Shown here: piece by piece, positions 34,598 through 44,109 of the stretch
How positions within the stretch are numbered: the stretch's first letter is position 1
Layout: every line of letters starts with the position of its first letter
Origin: an uncultured virus (IMG/VR IMGVR_UViG_3300021559_000006)
Lineage: Duplodnaviria; Heunggongvirae; Uroviricota; Caudoviricetes
Strand: one strand, 5' to 3'
IMG/VR virus record: IMGVR_UViG_3300021559_000006
DNA: 64,000 nt
The notes under the pieces: generated by a model
The model's database searches: none
Told to the model about the DNA's origin: nothing
What the model saw: the letters and a program-made list of their open reading frames with translations, nothing else
Position numbers and translations under genes: made by a program

Positions 34598-35295
34598 GCG
34601 GCGATGCCCGAAAATTTCGCAGCATCATGGAGACGCATCACGTAGATCGCGTACTCGTCGTTCGACATGACCTTCTGGCAGTCCATGTTGGTGCACTCGA
34701 CCACGCCGTTCCGCGACCGCATCCACGGATCCCTGCAGCGCGGGCACGCGGCGATCCGATCCGCCGGCCTCTGCTCATCCTGCTTGCAGAACACCTCGGC
34801 GGAGCGGTGCCAGCTGTAGATCTGCCAGGCTGGGTTGCCGGACCGTCCGCCGTGGGAGTCGGTGGCGCAGGGGTGCTCGGCCAGGAGCCAGCGCAGGTGC
34901 CGAATGAGGGTGCCGATGGCGCGGTTGATGGCGATGCTGCCGGTGTCCGGGTTCTCGACCGGTTCGTCGAGCTGCTCGCGAACGTCGTTGGCGAGGATCA
35001 GGATTCCTTCGCCGAGGCCGTCGGCGAACAGGCGGGCGTGCTGCCCTGGCCACGGCGGGGCCTGGAGTCCGACGCGGCCGATGGTGCCGACGAGCTTCGT
35101 AATGGTGCCGTCTAGTCCTTCGAGGTAGATCGCCTCGAATAGGGCTGGGAGCTGATGCAGTTGGGTGTGGGCGCTGGCGTAGCAGGACCAGCAGTGGACG
35201 GGCTCGCCGGGGATGGGTTCGAGGTTGTGCTGCCGGCCGAGTTCTTCGGCTCGGCGCCACGCGGAGTTGCAACGGCCGGGGCAGGGTGTGGGCAT
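34594..35295 (-). CDS. Zinc-ribbon protein, candidate late-gene regulator
   Basis: N-terminal Cys cluster, C-terminal CPRC...CTNMDC; directly upstream of the late promoter. Confidence 0.7.
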   Translation of the reverse strand: MPTPCPGRCNSAWRRAEELGRQHNLEPIPGEPVHCWSCYASAHTQLHQLPALFEAIYLEGLDGTITKLVGTIGRVGLQAPPWPGQHARLFADGLGEGILILANDVREQLDEPVENPDTGSIAINRAIGTLIRHLRWLLAEHPCATDSHGGRSGNPAWQIYSWHRSAEVFCKQDEQRPADRIAACPRCRDPWMRSRNGVVECTNMDCQKVMSNDEYAIYVMRLHDAAKFSGIAA

Positions 35296-35543
35296 GGCGC
35301 AGGCTCCCGGGTGACAGGAGTGATGTGGGCTGCCGCCAGTATGCGCCTGAGGTGGCTGATTGCGTGTGTGACCTGCACGGCACGCGCGAAGGCCCCACTC
35401 GCGACGGGGGATGCGCGAGCGGGGCCCTCGGGTACAGCGTGGCACCAGCTTGTGCCACCAGGATGCCCGCAACGTCGTGTCGGTGCAGGCGAATCCCGGC
35501 GATTCGCTCGCGCACGACGTGACCTGGCGTCACCATGGGCCGT

Positions 35544-35720
35544 ATGAGCGCGGTGACGATCAGCGTCCAAGCGGACAGTGAGGCCGAAGCGTTGGCCTGG
35601 CTGGAGAAGCTGCGCGCCCTCGGATTGGTGCCACTCGGCAGGCCATCGACGGTGATTGGCCGGAGCCGATGGCTGGTCCGCACCCAGCCCGAGCACGACG
35701 TGCAGCAGGCCGAAGGCTGA
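35544..35720 (+). CDS. Small hypothetical protein
   Basis: Lone + strand ORF in a gap between minus-strand genes. Confidence 0.55.
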   Translation: MSAVTISVQADSEAEALAWLEKLRALGLVPLGRPSTVIGRSRWLVRTQPEHDVQQAEG

Positions 35721-35727
35721 GCATCGC

Positions 35728-36378
35728 TCACTGCTGGCCTTCCAAGTAGCTGAGCACGCCGGTGTACTCCCGGGCGCCGGGCTGATTGCCTCGACCCCAC
35801 ATGGACAGCGACTCCTCCGCCGCAAAGAACTCCGTGATCGTGTGCGTCGGCAGCAGCGGCACCTGCATCACCGGTTCGCCGGTCTCGTCCAGCACCGGCT
35901 GCCCGTCGTCGTCCAGGACCGGCACCGGCTCGGGGTGCTGGAACGTGTGCGTGTAGGGCGGCCCGTCCTGTGGCGGCGTGAGGATCCGGGTGAGCACATC
36001 GGCCATCGACGTCGGGGAGTGGCTGCCGCTCACAGCAGCCATGTCCAGAACTCCCTGGCGCAGCCGTTCAACACCCTCGGGCGCTACGCCGGCTTCCTTG
36101 ACGAGCCGGTCCATGGCTGCGGTGAAGTCGTCGGCCGCCTGCTTGGCACGCTGGTAGCCGGGGTGGGCCATGGCCGCGAGGTCCCGGGCGGCTTTGAGGG
36201 CGGCAGAGTCGATGAGGTCGGGGCCGGTGTAGAGCTGCACCGTCTCGGCTTCGGCGAGCTGCTGCGTCACGCCGTCGCGGTACTGCTGGGCTTCCTCGTC
36301 GGTGAGGAGTCGTGGCTCCTGCCCGGACACGAACAGGTACGTGCCAGAGGCGGGCGCGGTCCAGCGGGCCTCGGTCAC
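35728..36378 (-). CDS. Hypothetical protein
   Basis: GGAGG RBS, GTGA overlap. Confidence 0.6.
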   Translation of the reverse strand: MTEARWTAPASGTYLFVSGQEPRLLTDEEAQQYRDGVTQQLAEAETVQLYTGPDLIDSAALKAARDLAAMAHPGYQRAKQAADDFTAAMDRLVKEAGVAPEGVERLRQGVLDMAAVSGSHSPTSMADVLTRILTPPQDGPPYTHTFQHPEPVPVLDDDGQPVLDETGEPVMQVPLLPTHTITEFFAAEESLSMWGRGNQPGAREYTGVLSYLEGQQ

Positions 36379-36680
36379 GGCTGCCTCCGGGGTACGAGGT
36401 TGCGGAACGGCTCGGCTTGCAGGAGCACCGTGTTGAGCCCTTCCGGGAGGTCCACCACGGCGGGCAGGCCGGCGTCGGCGATGACCTCCGCCGGAACCGG
36501 CTCGCGGCCATCAGGCCCGTAGCGGCCCCAGCCTGTGCCGCGCTCGTACCAGCAGCCAGCCATGTGCCGCGGCCACGGCGGCAGGCGGAACGGCACGGCC
36601 GGGCCGAGGTCGAACGGGGCGAGAACGGCGGGCAGCGCGGCAATGGCAGCCTCGACACTGGCGGTCACGGCGTCGGTCAT
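36375..36680 (-). CDS. Hypothetical protein
   Basis: GGAGG RBS, ATGA overlap. Confidence 0.55.
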   Translation of the reverse strand: MTDAVTASVEAAIAALPAVLAPFDLGPAVPFRLPPWPRHMAGCWYERGTGWGRYGPDGREPVPAEVIADAGLPAVVDLPEGLNTVLLQAEPFRNLVPRRQP

Positions 36681-37336
36681 TTCCGCCTCCGTCGCCGGTT
36701 GATCTGCCGCTGCCGGTAGCGGGCATCCAGGAACGACGGACCACCCCAACTATCCAGTTCGGCGACCCGCACCCGAGGCACACCCGCCGCCAACTCCGCC
36801 ACCACATGCGCGTGCCCAGCCAGAGCCTGCCCTTCGGTGCACCAACGCCACTGCTGCTCGCCTGATCCCGGCCCGAACACCATCGTCTCGAACAGGATCG
36901 GCGGCCCGCCGAGGAAGTTGTAGTCCACGCCCAGCCACACCGTCGACACCCGCAGGTCCACGGCAGGGTTGCCCTTGGAACGGATCCGGGTGAGGGCGAC
37001 ACGGCGGTACGCCCGGTCACCGAGCAGCGTGTTCGCGGTCTCGGAGTCGATGGGCTGGCCCTGCTTGTCGAACCACAACTGGCGCGCGAGGCCAGGCGAG
37101 CCCGGGCCGAACTGATACCAGCCTGCTGTGGGGGCGGTGAACCGTCCGCCGTCCTCCTCCTCGGCTTCACGCCGGTCGACGGTGAACGTGATCCGCTCAA
37201 CCGTCGGCGCCTGGAGGATCCGCGCGGGGTCGGCGGTGTACACCAGCGGGGCACCGTCGTCGGGTGTCCAGCGGGCGGCGTCGGGGCTGACGGTGTCGTC
37301 CCGCAGACTGTGGTCGATCAGGTCGAGGATGCTCAC
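36677..37336 (-). CDS. Hypothetical phage protein (VSTVWLG...FETMVFG motif)
   Basis: Codon bias, coupled overlaps. Confidence 0.65.
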   Translation of the reverse strand: MSILDLIDHSLRDDTVSPDAARWTPDDGAPLVYTADPARILQAPTVERITFTVDRREAEEEDGGRFTAPTAGWYQFGPGSPGLARQLWFDKQGQPIDSETANTLLGDRAYRRVALTRIRSKGNPAVDLRVSTVWLGVDYNFLGGPPILFETMVFGPGSGEQQWRWCTEGQALAGHAHVVAELAAGVPRVRVAELDSWGGPSFLDARYRQRQINRRRRRK

Positions 37337-37536
37337 GGGGCCATCATCCTCCGGCCCGGCCGTAGCCATGCCCGCACCCGGCTGACCGCCTGTACATGCC
37401 GCGGTCCCACACCCCAGAATCCGGCGATACGCGGGTACAGGCGAGCGAACTCGCGGTCGTCGCCCTGGGTTTCAGTCAGGCCGGGGCCGCCGTAGATGTG
37501 GCGGGTCGTGCCGTCCGGGTAGGTACGTGCAGGCAT
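37333..37536 (-). CDS. Small hypothetical protein
   Basis: AAGGAG RBS. Confidence 0.5.
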   Translation of the reverse strand: MPARTYPDGTTRHIYGGPGLTETQGDDREFARLYPRIAGFWGVGPRHVQAVSRVRAWLRPGRRMMAP

Positions 37537-37587
37537 AGCGGGCTCCTTCGCAGGCGATTCAACGATGGCACGGCGGACGGGCGAGCG

Positions 37588-38211
37588 TCACTGCCAGGGT
37601 GCGGGGCCGGTCCCGGCGGTCCAGGCGGCGAGTTTTGCGGCGTCGTACATACGCAGGCCGACGCGCTGCCCGAACGCGGCAGCGTCGGGCGTGAACCGGC
37701 TGGTGGTGACGACCGCGGCCAAGTGCGCGCCGTGAATCTGCCGGTACGTGCCGTTGACGGCCTGCAGCGCCGGGGACCGGACGGGGTTGCCGTCGGCGTA
37801 GCGCTTGGCCTGGATCAGGATCCTGCGCCCGTCGGGCGTGGTGGCCAGCACGTCGGCGGCGAGGTCACCCGCGCCACCGACCACCTCGACCCGCGTGCAG
37901 CCGTCACGGCGGCACAGGGCAGCAATGTGCTCCTCGAACTGCCCGGGGCTCAGGCGCTGCATGCCAGCGATGGAACGCTGATGGATACGCCGCCCGTAGT
38001 GCCGGCGCGCTTTCGCCCAGCCGACTGCGGTAGCGACGAGCAGGAGCAGCAGGACGGCGAGGATCGTCACGCCCGGGTGCTGCTTGGCGTAGCTGACTGC
38101 GGTGAGCGCCAGGATCACGGCGAGGACACCAGACACGAGCCGGGCATCACGGTGCGCCTTCGAGCGGCGGCGCAGCACGCCGCGGCGCCGGTAGCGCGCG
38201 GGGGCGGTCAC
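37588..38211 (-). CDS. Membrane-anchored Mrr-like (PD-(D/E)xK) nuclease
   Basis: Two TM helices, then FEEHIA...GDLAAD...IQAKRY...VTTSRFT. Confidence 0.88.
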   Translation of the reverse strand: MTAPARYRRRGVLRRRSKAHRDARLVSGVLAVILALTAVSYAKQHPGVTILAVLLLLLVATAVGWAKARRHYGRRIHQRSIAGMQRLSPGQFEEHIAALCRRDGCTRVEVVGGAGDLAADVLATTPDGRRILIQAKRYADGNPVRSPALQAVNGTYRQIHGAHLAAVVTTSRFTPDAAAFGQRVGLRMYDAAKLAAWTAGTGPAPWQ

Positions 38212-38645
38212 CGTCCGGCCCGGAAGCTCGAGTTGTCGCCCTGGTGGAAGTTGCTGATCCGCACCCCGCCCGTCGACCTGACCACGACGAGAGCGATCGC
38301 ACCGGACACGAAGATCGCAGCGACACCGATCAGTGCGTGCGTGGCCAGCGCCATCCCGGCGAACAGCAGATACGACCCAGCCTCAGCAACACCGGCACCG
38401 GCGAGGATCCCGAACGCCATCACACCGCAGCCCATCATGCGCTGCGGCAACGGATCGTACGGGGGCGGCGGCGCCGGCTGGTAGGCGTAGTAGGGCTGCT
38501 GACCGGGCACGGCCATGACCCGGACGTTCGGCGGGATCTGCGGCACCGGGGCAGGCGCGTACACCGGCAGCTGTGCGGGCTGCTGCTCAACCAGCGGCAG
38601 GTCGGCAGCCCAGTCGTACAGCTCAGTCGGACGGTAGGCGGGCAT
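38208..38645 (-). CDS. Two-TM membrane protein, Spd-like
   Basis: Pro-rich N-terminus, two hydrophobic helices; directly downstream of traB. Confidence 0.65.
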   Translation of the reverse strand: MPAYRPTELYDWAADLPLVEQQPAQLPVYAPAPVPQIPPNVRVMAVPGQQPYYAYQPAPPPPYDPLPQRMMGCGVMAFGILAGAGVAEAGSYLLFAGMALATHALIGVAAIFVSGAIALVVVRSTGGVRISNFHQGDNSSFRAGR

Positions 38646-38646
38646 G

Positions 38647-40749
38647 TCAGTTCTCCTCGGGGCGCAGCGCGTACTGGCCGCGCGCGGGCTGATGGATCTG
38701 CGGTTCGGCCTTGAGCCAGTCCGTGATCGCGGAGCGGGACGGGGCCGGGGCTGCGGGGAACGTGATCCGGAAGAAGTCGAGGATCGCGGCCGGGTTGATG
38801 CCCCCGGGGCCGGACTTCGCGACGAGCGAGAACACGTACGGCCAGCGCACATCGTCGGTGACGCCCGACGTTGGTGTCGGCACGGTGGCCTCGGCCGGCT
38901 GCTCCGTGCTGGTGGGTTTGGTCCAGGTGACGCCACCGGCGTCGAGGATCTCCTGGAAGCGCCGGTCGAGATCGGCATCCCGACTGGTGGCTTCGTCGGC
39001 AGCATTGCGGAGGGCGTCGCGGGCGGCGTCGGCCTGATCGAGAGCAGCCTGCGTGTCGACGCGCGGCGCCGCCGTGCCCCAGTCCGCGGTGACACCCGAG
39101 CCGCGCGGACGCTCCGGGGTTGGGGCGGGCTCAGCGTCGACGGGGGCTTCGGGTGCCTCGCCGATACCGAAGAGGTGGTCCTTGCCGTTCCACCGGTTCT
39201 CGTAGTCGTCGCCTGCGGCCCGGCGGGACAGGTCGTCGAGTTCGGGCTGCCGGTCGGCGGTGGCGACGACGATGTCCCGGATCTGGTTGGGCTTGATCCG
39301 GTAGACCTTGAAGGGCCGCGCAGGCTCGTCGTCGATCTTGATGAAGCCGCATCCGGCATACGGCGCTTCCTCGGGTGAGACGCGGTCGCCCCAGCCGAAC
39401 AGGTACGCCATCTCGGCCTCGTCGGACTTCATGCCGATCTTGCAGGATGCCTGCTTCACCAACTGCGGCTCCGTCACCACATCCTGCGTGGCCCGCAGCG
39501 CCGCGTTCTCGACGTTGCACGCCACCGCGCGGGCGAGTTCCAGGATCTGCACGATGATGTCGCCGACCTCCCGCAGTACCGGATCCCTGCGGGCCTTCGG
39601 CGAGAACAGTTCCGCGATCTCGTCGTTGGTCAACGTGATCCCCGGAACCCCGGCGGACACCGGGAGCTTGTCGTCGTTGGCCTGGATCTCCAGCTGCTTG
39701 TAGCCGGGCTTGCGGGCCTTCGCGATCCGTAGCAGCGCCTTCGCCATCCGCAGTGCCTCGTCGGGGGTGTCGGCGACCCAGTCGATCGGCGGCCGTCCCG
39801 GGCGGCCGGCTGAATGCCAGGCGTGGAGCCAGGCGAGGGCGAGGCCACCGCCGTTGAGGTCGAGGACCCAGGTGAGGTTGTCGTCCATCCGCGCCTGGTT
39901 GGCGATCTTCACGTTCATCAGGTTCGTCTTGCCCGAGCCGCGGCGACCGGCGGTGAACCCGGAGCGCTGGCGCAGGTTCGGGCCGGCGATGCTGCCGTCG
40001 CGGTAGACGCCGTGCGGGGAGGGTCCGTCGAGGTGCAGGACGGTGTAGTCGGTGGGGTAGTCGGCGTCGGCGATCAGGGCGTTGACGGTGGCGACGTCGA
40101 TGAGGACCGCGCCGCGGTGGGCGCCGGCCTTGACCTCGACGCCGCAGCCCTCGGGGAGCCGGGCTTCGGCAGCGAGCGCGTCGCAGTGCGGCAGCAGGTC
40201 CCGCCACTTGGTACCTGCGAGGCATTCGGCGTCGAGGGTGTAGCCGCCGTCGGATGCCCACGGCTCGACGCCGACGATTTTGACGTTGGCGCTGGTGCAC
40301 ACGAGGGCGATGCGCTGGTCCCACTCGTCGGCGATCTTCTGGCGTTTGAAGTCCATCGTGGCGCGCTTCACTGCGGCCTCGACCTCAGCCTGGTGGGCGG
40401 CCTGCTTCTCCTCGACGCGGTGGGCCCCGACCAGGGCGGTGCCCATGCCGACCGCGCCAGCCAGCAGGGCCCCGAGGATCGACGGGTGCCACGGCGTGTC
40501 CGTGATCGCCCACGAGCACCACTCGCCCGCAGCCAGCCACGTCGCCGCGTGCAGGCCCAGAGTCAGACGCGGGAAGCCCTTGCGGATCCCGGCGATGGCA
40601 GTGCCGGCGAGGCCGAGGCCGGCGGTGGCGAGCGCCCAGCCCGGGTCGGCGTGGGCGACGCTGCCGATCCAGGCCAGCGACAGCGCCGTAGCGCCAGCGT
40701 TGATCGGTCCGGTGACGGGCCCGTGGCCGCCTTCCCAGTCGAGGTGCAT
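38647..40749 (-). CDS. traB: Streptomyces-type conjugative DNA translocase TraB (FtsK/SpoIIIE family)
   Basis: N-terminal TM helices, Walker A GRRGSGKT, Walker B TNDE, C-terminal winged-helix-like region; AAAGG RBS before ATG at 40749. Confidence 0.8.
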   Translation of the reverse strand: MHLDWEGGHGPVTGPINAGATALSLAWIGSVAHADPGWALATAGLGLAGTAIAGIRKGFPRLTLGLHAATWLAAGEWCSWAITDTPWHPSILGALLAGAVGMGTALVGAHRVEEKQAAHQAEVEAAVKRATMDFKRQKIADEWDQRIALVCTSANVKIVGVEPWASDGGYTLDAECLAGTKWRDLLPHCDALAAEARLPEGCGVEVKAGAHRGAVLIDVATVNALIADADYPTDYTVLHLDGPSPHGVYRDGSIAGPNLRQRSGFTAGRRGSGKTNLMNVKIANQARMDDNLTWVLDLNGGGLALAWLHAWHSAGRPGRPPIDWVADTPDEALRMAKALLRIAKARKPGYKQLEIQANDDKLPVSAGVPGITLTNDEIAELFSPKARRDPVLREVGDIIVQILELARAVACNVENAALRATQDVVTEPQLVKQASCKIGMKSDEAEMAYLFGWGDRVSPEEAPYAGCGFIKIDDEPARPFKVYRIKPNQIRDIVVATADRQPELDDLSRRAAGDDYENRWNGKDHLFGIGEAPEAPVDAEPAPTPERPRGSGVTADWGTAAPRVDTQAALDQADAARDALRNAADEATSRDADLDRRFQEILDAGGVTWTKPTSTEQPAEATVPTPTSGVTDDVRWPYVFSLVAKSGPGGINPAAILDFFRITFPAAPAPSRSAITDWLKAEPQIHQPARGQYALRPEEN

Positions 40750-40778
40750 CGTGGTGCCTTTCTCCCAGCGGGCTGGGG

Positions 40779-42128
40779 TTAGTTGGAGCGGACGTCCCAC
40801 ATGGCCTCGGACTCGCGGCCCTTGCGGGGCTGCTCGATGCGGGCGATGTCGACCTGGTGGAGTTTGCGGAACGCGGGCTGCAGGTCGCGGGCCATCTCGG
40901 CGGCTTTGAGCTGCATCTGGTGGATCTGCCGCATCAGTTCGACGATCTGCGGCGCCAGCGGGTACTTCGCGTCGGCGTTCTCGACGGTGACTTTCATGGC
41001 TTCGGCGTGCAACTCGAGGGCTTGCTGGAGTCCGGCGAAGTCTTGGCCGACCTGCATCATTCCGGTGGGCTGGTAGTTGGCGGCGGCTCGTGCGCCTTCC
41101 ATGGCGGGGGCGACGAAGTGGTGTCCGGACATGGCGGGGGCTCCTGCACGGGTCGGGGTTGAGGTGGCGGTGGGGCGGCGGACGCTGCTGGCGATGGTGG
41201 CGGCGGCCGGCTTCGGGGCTGCGGCGGTCTTGCGCTTGGCGCGGTGCTTCTTCCAGGCAGCCAGGGCCCGCTGACGGCCCTTCGCCCAGGACCAGTGCCG
41301 GATGGTGCCCCACACGCCGGACCGCAGCGCCTTGAGGGCGTCGGCGGAGGCGCCGCGCATCTTCCGTACGCTGCGGGCGGCCAAGGTGCGGGCCTGCTTG
41401 CGGCGGTCGGCGTGCTTCGCCCAGGTACGGGCAGCCTGCCGACGGGCCGCGGCTGCGCTACGGCGGGTGAGGCCGGACTGCGCACTGCCCTTGCGGTCCT
41501 TCTTCGACTTCCGCTTGCCCTTGGCCTTGTCCGTGGGCGACACCTTGCCGGTGCCACCGAGCATCCGATCCGCCAACCGGGCGAGGCGCGAGGTGCCGGT
41601 CTTGCCGGCGCCGGTCGCGCCGCCCCGGGTCGCCTTACTGTCCCTGACGGTCCCGGACGATCCCGGACGCGACTGCGACCCGCCGCCAGCGCCACGGCCG
41701 CCACCGACGGAACTGCCGCGCGGCGTAGAGCCCCCGCCGCCGGAGCGCCCCGCCGAGCCCGTCGACGGAAGCGTCCATCCGCCGCCCTTCGCCGAGCGGC
41801 TCGCCGCCGTCGACAGGTTCCGACGCTTCACCGTCGCCCGACGCTTCACCACCGACGCGCCACCGGCCGCCACCAGACCGGCACCCGTCGCGGCGAGGGC
41901 AGGCCAGCCGCCGGCGTAGAACGCACTCGTGACCGTCAGGGCCGCGGCGTTGCCCGTCGCAGCGAGGGCGGGGCCAGCGGGAACGCCTCGACGCCGAGGC
42001 GCACGCTCAGTGGCGGGCTTTGTCTCGGTGGGAGCAGCAGGCTGCGCCCATCCCGCTGTGACGTGCACGGGGACAGGCGGCAGGGTCTGGACGGGCGGGG
42101 GTGCGGGCGGTGCTTGGGTGTCCGCCAC
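40779..42128 (-). CDS. TraA-like plasmid transfer accessory protein
   Basis: TM segment, Gly/Arg/Lys-rich middle, helical C-terminal domain; directly upstream of traB; AAGGAG RBS. Confidence 0.65.
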   Translation of the reverse strand: MADTQAPPAPPPVQTLPPVPVHVTAGWAQPAAPTETKPATERAPRRRGVPAGPALAATGNAAALTVTSAFYAGGWPALAATGAGLVAAGGASVVKRRATVKRRNLSTAASRSAKGGGWTLPSTGSAGRSGGGGSTPRGSSVGGGRGAGGGSQSRPGSSGTVRDSKATRGGATGAGKTGTSRLARLADRMLGGTGKVSPTDKAKGKRKSKKDRKGSAQSGLTRRSAAAARRQAARTWAKHADRRKQARTLAARSVRKMRGASADALKALRSGVWGTIRHWSWAKGRQRALAAWKKHRAKRKTAAAPKPAAATIASSVRRPTATSTPTRAGAPAMSGHHFVAPAMEGARAAANYQPTGMMQVGQDFAGLQQALELHAEAMKVTVENADAKYPLAPQIVELMRQIHQMQLKAAEMARDLQPAFRKLHQVDIARIEQPRKGRESEAMWDVRSN

Positions 42129-42256
42129 GGTGGCTCCTTCGATGTCGTCGTAGTCGTCGTTGTCGTCGTCGCCCAGGGAAGGGGCAGGTCAGGCGCCACG
42201 CGAGGGGCTGGGGAGGGATGTCGTCGTCGTAGTCGTCCACGACGACGACACCGTTC

Positions 42257-43180
42257 TCACCGCCCCTCCTCACTCAAGGCGGGAACGTCCGCGCGGTCGA
42301 GGATCTCCGCCCGGATCGTCTTCGCCGTGGTGTCCGACACCGAGCCGTGCCCGGCTGCTTCGATCGCCTGGGCGAACTCGTTCGCGGTCGGCTGGCGGCG
42401 CAGGCGCTGGAACTCGGCGTGGAAGATCGGCCCGGCGAGGGGCACCCACTCGTCGAGGGAGCGACGGGGCGCCTTCTTCCTGACGCCGGAACGGGCAGGC
42501 TTCTGACGGCGGGCCGTCGACGGCTTGACGGTGTTTCCGTCGACGGCGGCAGCGTCGGGAAGGCCGACGGAAGTATCGACGGAAGGGGCCGATCCGTCGA
42601 CGGCTGGCGCCGCAGCTGTCGCGACGGAACGCGTCGTCTCGTCGACGGTTCGCGGCGCTGCCGACGCGACGGAAAGCGTCGAACCGACGCTGCTCCCGAC
42701 GACGGGAACGGGCCGATCCGTCGCCGACGGAACAGGCGAGTCGTCGACGGTTGCCTTCGACAGGGCGCCCTGCATCTGACGCATCAGCGCCCCGAAGGCG
42801 AGCAGTGCGGCGACGGGCGGGACGGCGGCGACGACGTAGGTCATGGCCGCGGCGTTGCCGCCGACGCCGGCGACGTTGAGGGCGATGGAGCCGAGGGATC
42901 CGGTGGCGGCGAGGAAGATCGCGGTCCGGTCGGTGAGGTAGCGCAGGGCTGCGCGGAGGATGAGGATTTCGCCGATGACGATGAACGTGTCGACGGTGGC
43001 GGGCCAGGCCCAGGCGCGGGATCCGCTGAGTCCGTAGCGCTGGGCGACGTCGTGGAGGTGTTCGTAGGAGAGCCAGAACGCGATGCCGGTGAGGATGACG
43101 GTGGCGATGACCGCGGCGATGGCGAGGCGGCGCAGGGTGTCCGGGGACGCGGCGGGCGCGTGCTTGTCGGGCGCGGTCAC
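42257..43180 (-). CDS. DUF2637 / SpdA-like membrane protein
   Basis: AFWLSYEHL...AWAWPATVD...SIALN...AAVPP, four TM helices, C-terminal HTH-like segment. Confidence 0.8.
   Translation of the reverse strand: MTAPDKHAPAASPDTLRRLAIAAVIATVILTGIAFWLSYEHLHDVAQRYGLSGSRAWAWPATVDTFIVIGEILILRAALRYLTDRTAIFLAATGSLGSIALNVAGVGGNAAAMTYVVAAVPPVAALLAFGALMRQMQGALSKATVDDSPVPSATDRPVPVVGSSVGSTLSVASAAPRTVDETTRSVATAAAPAVDGSAPSVDTSVGLPDAAAVDGNTVKPSTARRQKPARSGVRKKAPRRSLDEWVPLAGPIFHAEFQRLRRQPTANEFAQAIEAAGHGSVSDTTAKTIRAEILDRADVPALSEEGR
42514..42752. repeat. Cluster of 8-mer direct repeats CGACGGAA (clt-like)
   Basis: Exact copies at 42565, 42577, 42622, 42667 and 42725, plus CGACGG variants. Confidence 0.65.
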
Positions 43181-43220
43181 GGTTCTGTCCTCCGGTCGGT
43201 GGGGTTCGGTTGGGTGGCGG

Positions 43221-43460
43221 TCAGCCGCGGTCTCGGTTGACGCGGCCGTTGCTGACCTGGCGTCCGCCGACGGCCCCGGGGTTGTTCTGCACCCCGCTCA
43301 TGGCGCCGGTGTTGACGATGCCGGTGCCGTTGTTGTCGTCCTTGGCCGTCTCTTTGGCGAGCTGGGCGGCCCAGGCATCAAACGCCTCGGGGTCGGCGAC
43401 GGGGTCCGGCATGGACGCGGCGGACGAGTCGGACGTGGACTTCTTGCTGAACAGGCCCAT
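43221..43460 (-). CDS. Small hypothetical protein of the transfer operon
   Basis: AAGGA RBS, ATG. Confidence 0.6.
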   Translation of the reverse strand: MGLFSKKSTSDSSAASMPDPVADPEAFDAWAAQLAKETAKDDNNGTGIVNTGAMSGVQNNPGAVGGRQVSNGRVNRDRG

Positions 43461-43700
43461 GAGGTGTTCCTTCGTCTCGCTGGTCGGTGGTGGCCCGGCT
43501 GTCCTGTCGACAGCTGGGCCGGGGGCTGGCTGTGTGGGTTAGACCTCGTCGAGTGGCTGTCGGGTTTGGGTGTCGGTGGGGTGTTCGATGTCGGGCTGGG
43601 GCTGGGGCGTGGGCTGGGTCACGGTCGGGCCTTTCGGTCGTGGGCGGGTGGCCGGGCGGTAGGCGCCGCGGGGGCAACGCCTACCGCCGTCTGTGGGCGG

Positions 43701-43880
43701 CTACTTGCCGCGGCTGGCTGCTTCGTGGTCGGCGGGTGTGGTGCCGACGAGGTCGGCGACGGAGAGGGCGAAGTCGTGGGCGGCGGCGTTGTGGGGGGTG
43801 GGGTTGTTGTTGAGGTCGGCGAGGGCTTGGGCGGAGACGTGGGCGGCTTCGGTGCGGGTGGACTGGGGGTGCTTGCTCAT
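43701..43880 (-). CDS. Small hypothetical protein
   Basis: GAGGAG RBS. Confidence 0.55.
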   Translation of the reverse strand: MSKHPQSTRTEAAHVSAQALADLNNNPTPHNAAAHDFALSVADLVGTTPADHEAASRGK

Positions 43881-43923
43881 GGCGGGTTCTCCTCGGGTTC
43901 GGGCTGGTCGAGTGGGCTGCCGT

Positions 43924-44109
43924 TCAGCAGCGTGGTACGCCGTCGTCGCACCCGCAGCGGCCGCCGGCGAGTCCGGTCCAGCCGCAGACGGCGCAGTAGT
44001 TGTCGGGCTCGGGCGGGTCCATCCGCTCACGCGGTTCGCCGGAGTCGTCGAGGGCGAGCTGGCCGCGGATCTGCTCGCGGGTGATGCCGAACGCGCGGTC
44101 GCCGTTCAT
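43924..44109 (-). CDS. Small Cys-rich protein
   Basis: ATGA overlap; CAVC...CGC. Confidence 0.5.
   Translation of the reverse strand: MNGDRAFGITREQIRGQLALDDSGEPRERMDPPEPDNYCAVCGWTGLAGGRCGCDDGVPRC

Noticed and set aside
40750..41313. Long N-terminal extension of the TraB ORF (888 aa)
   Set aside because: Overlaps the TraA-like gene; a good RBS precedes ATG at 40749
42140..42760. Repeats considered as a CRISPR array
   Set aside because: Units are only 6-18 nt, irregularly spaced, with no cas genes
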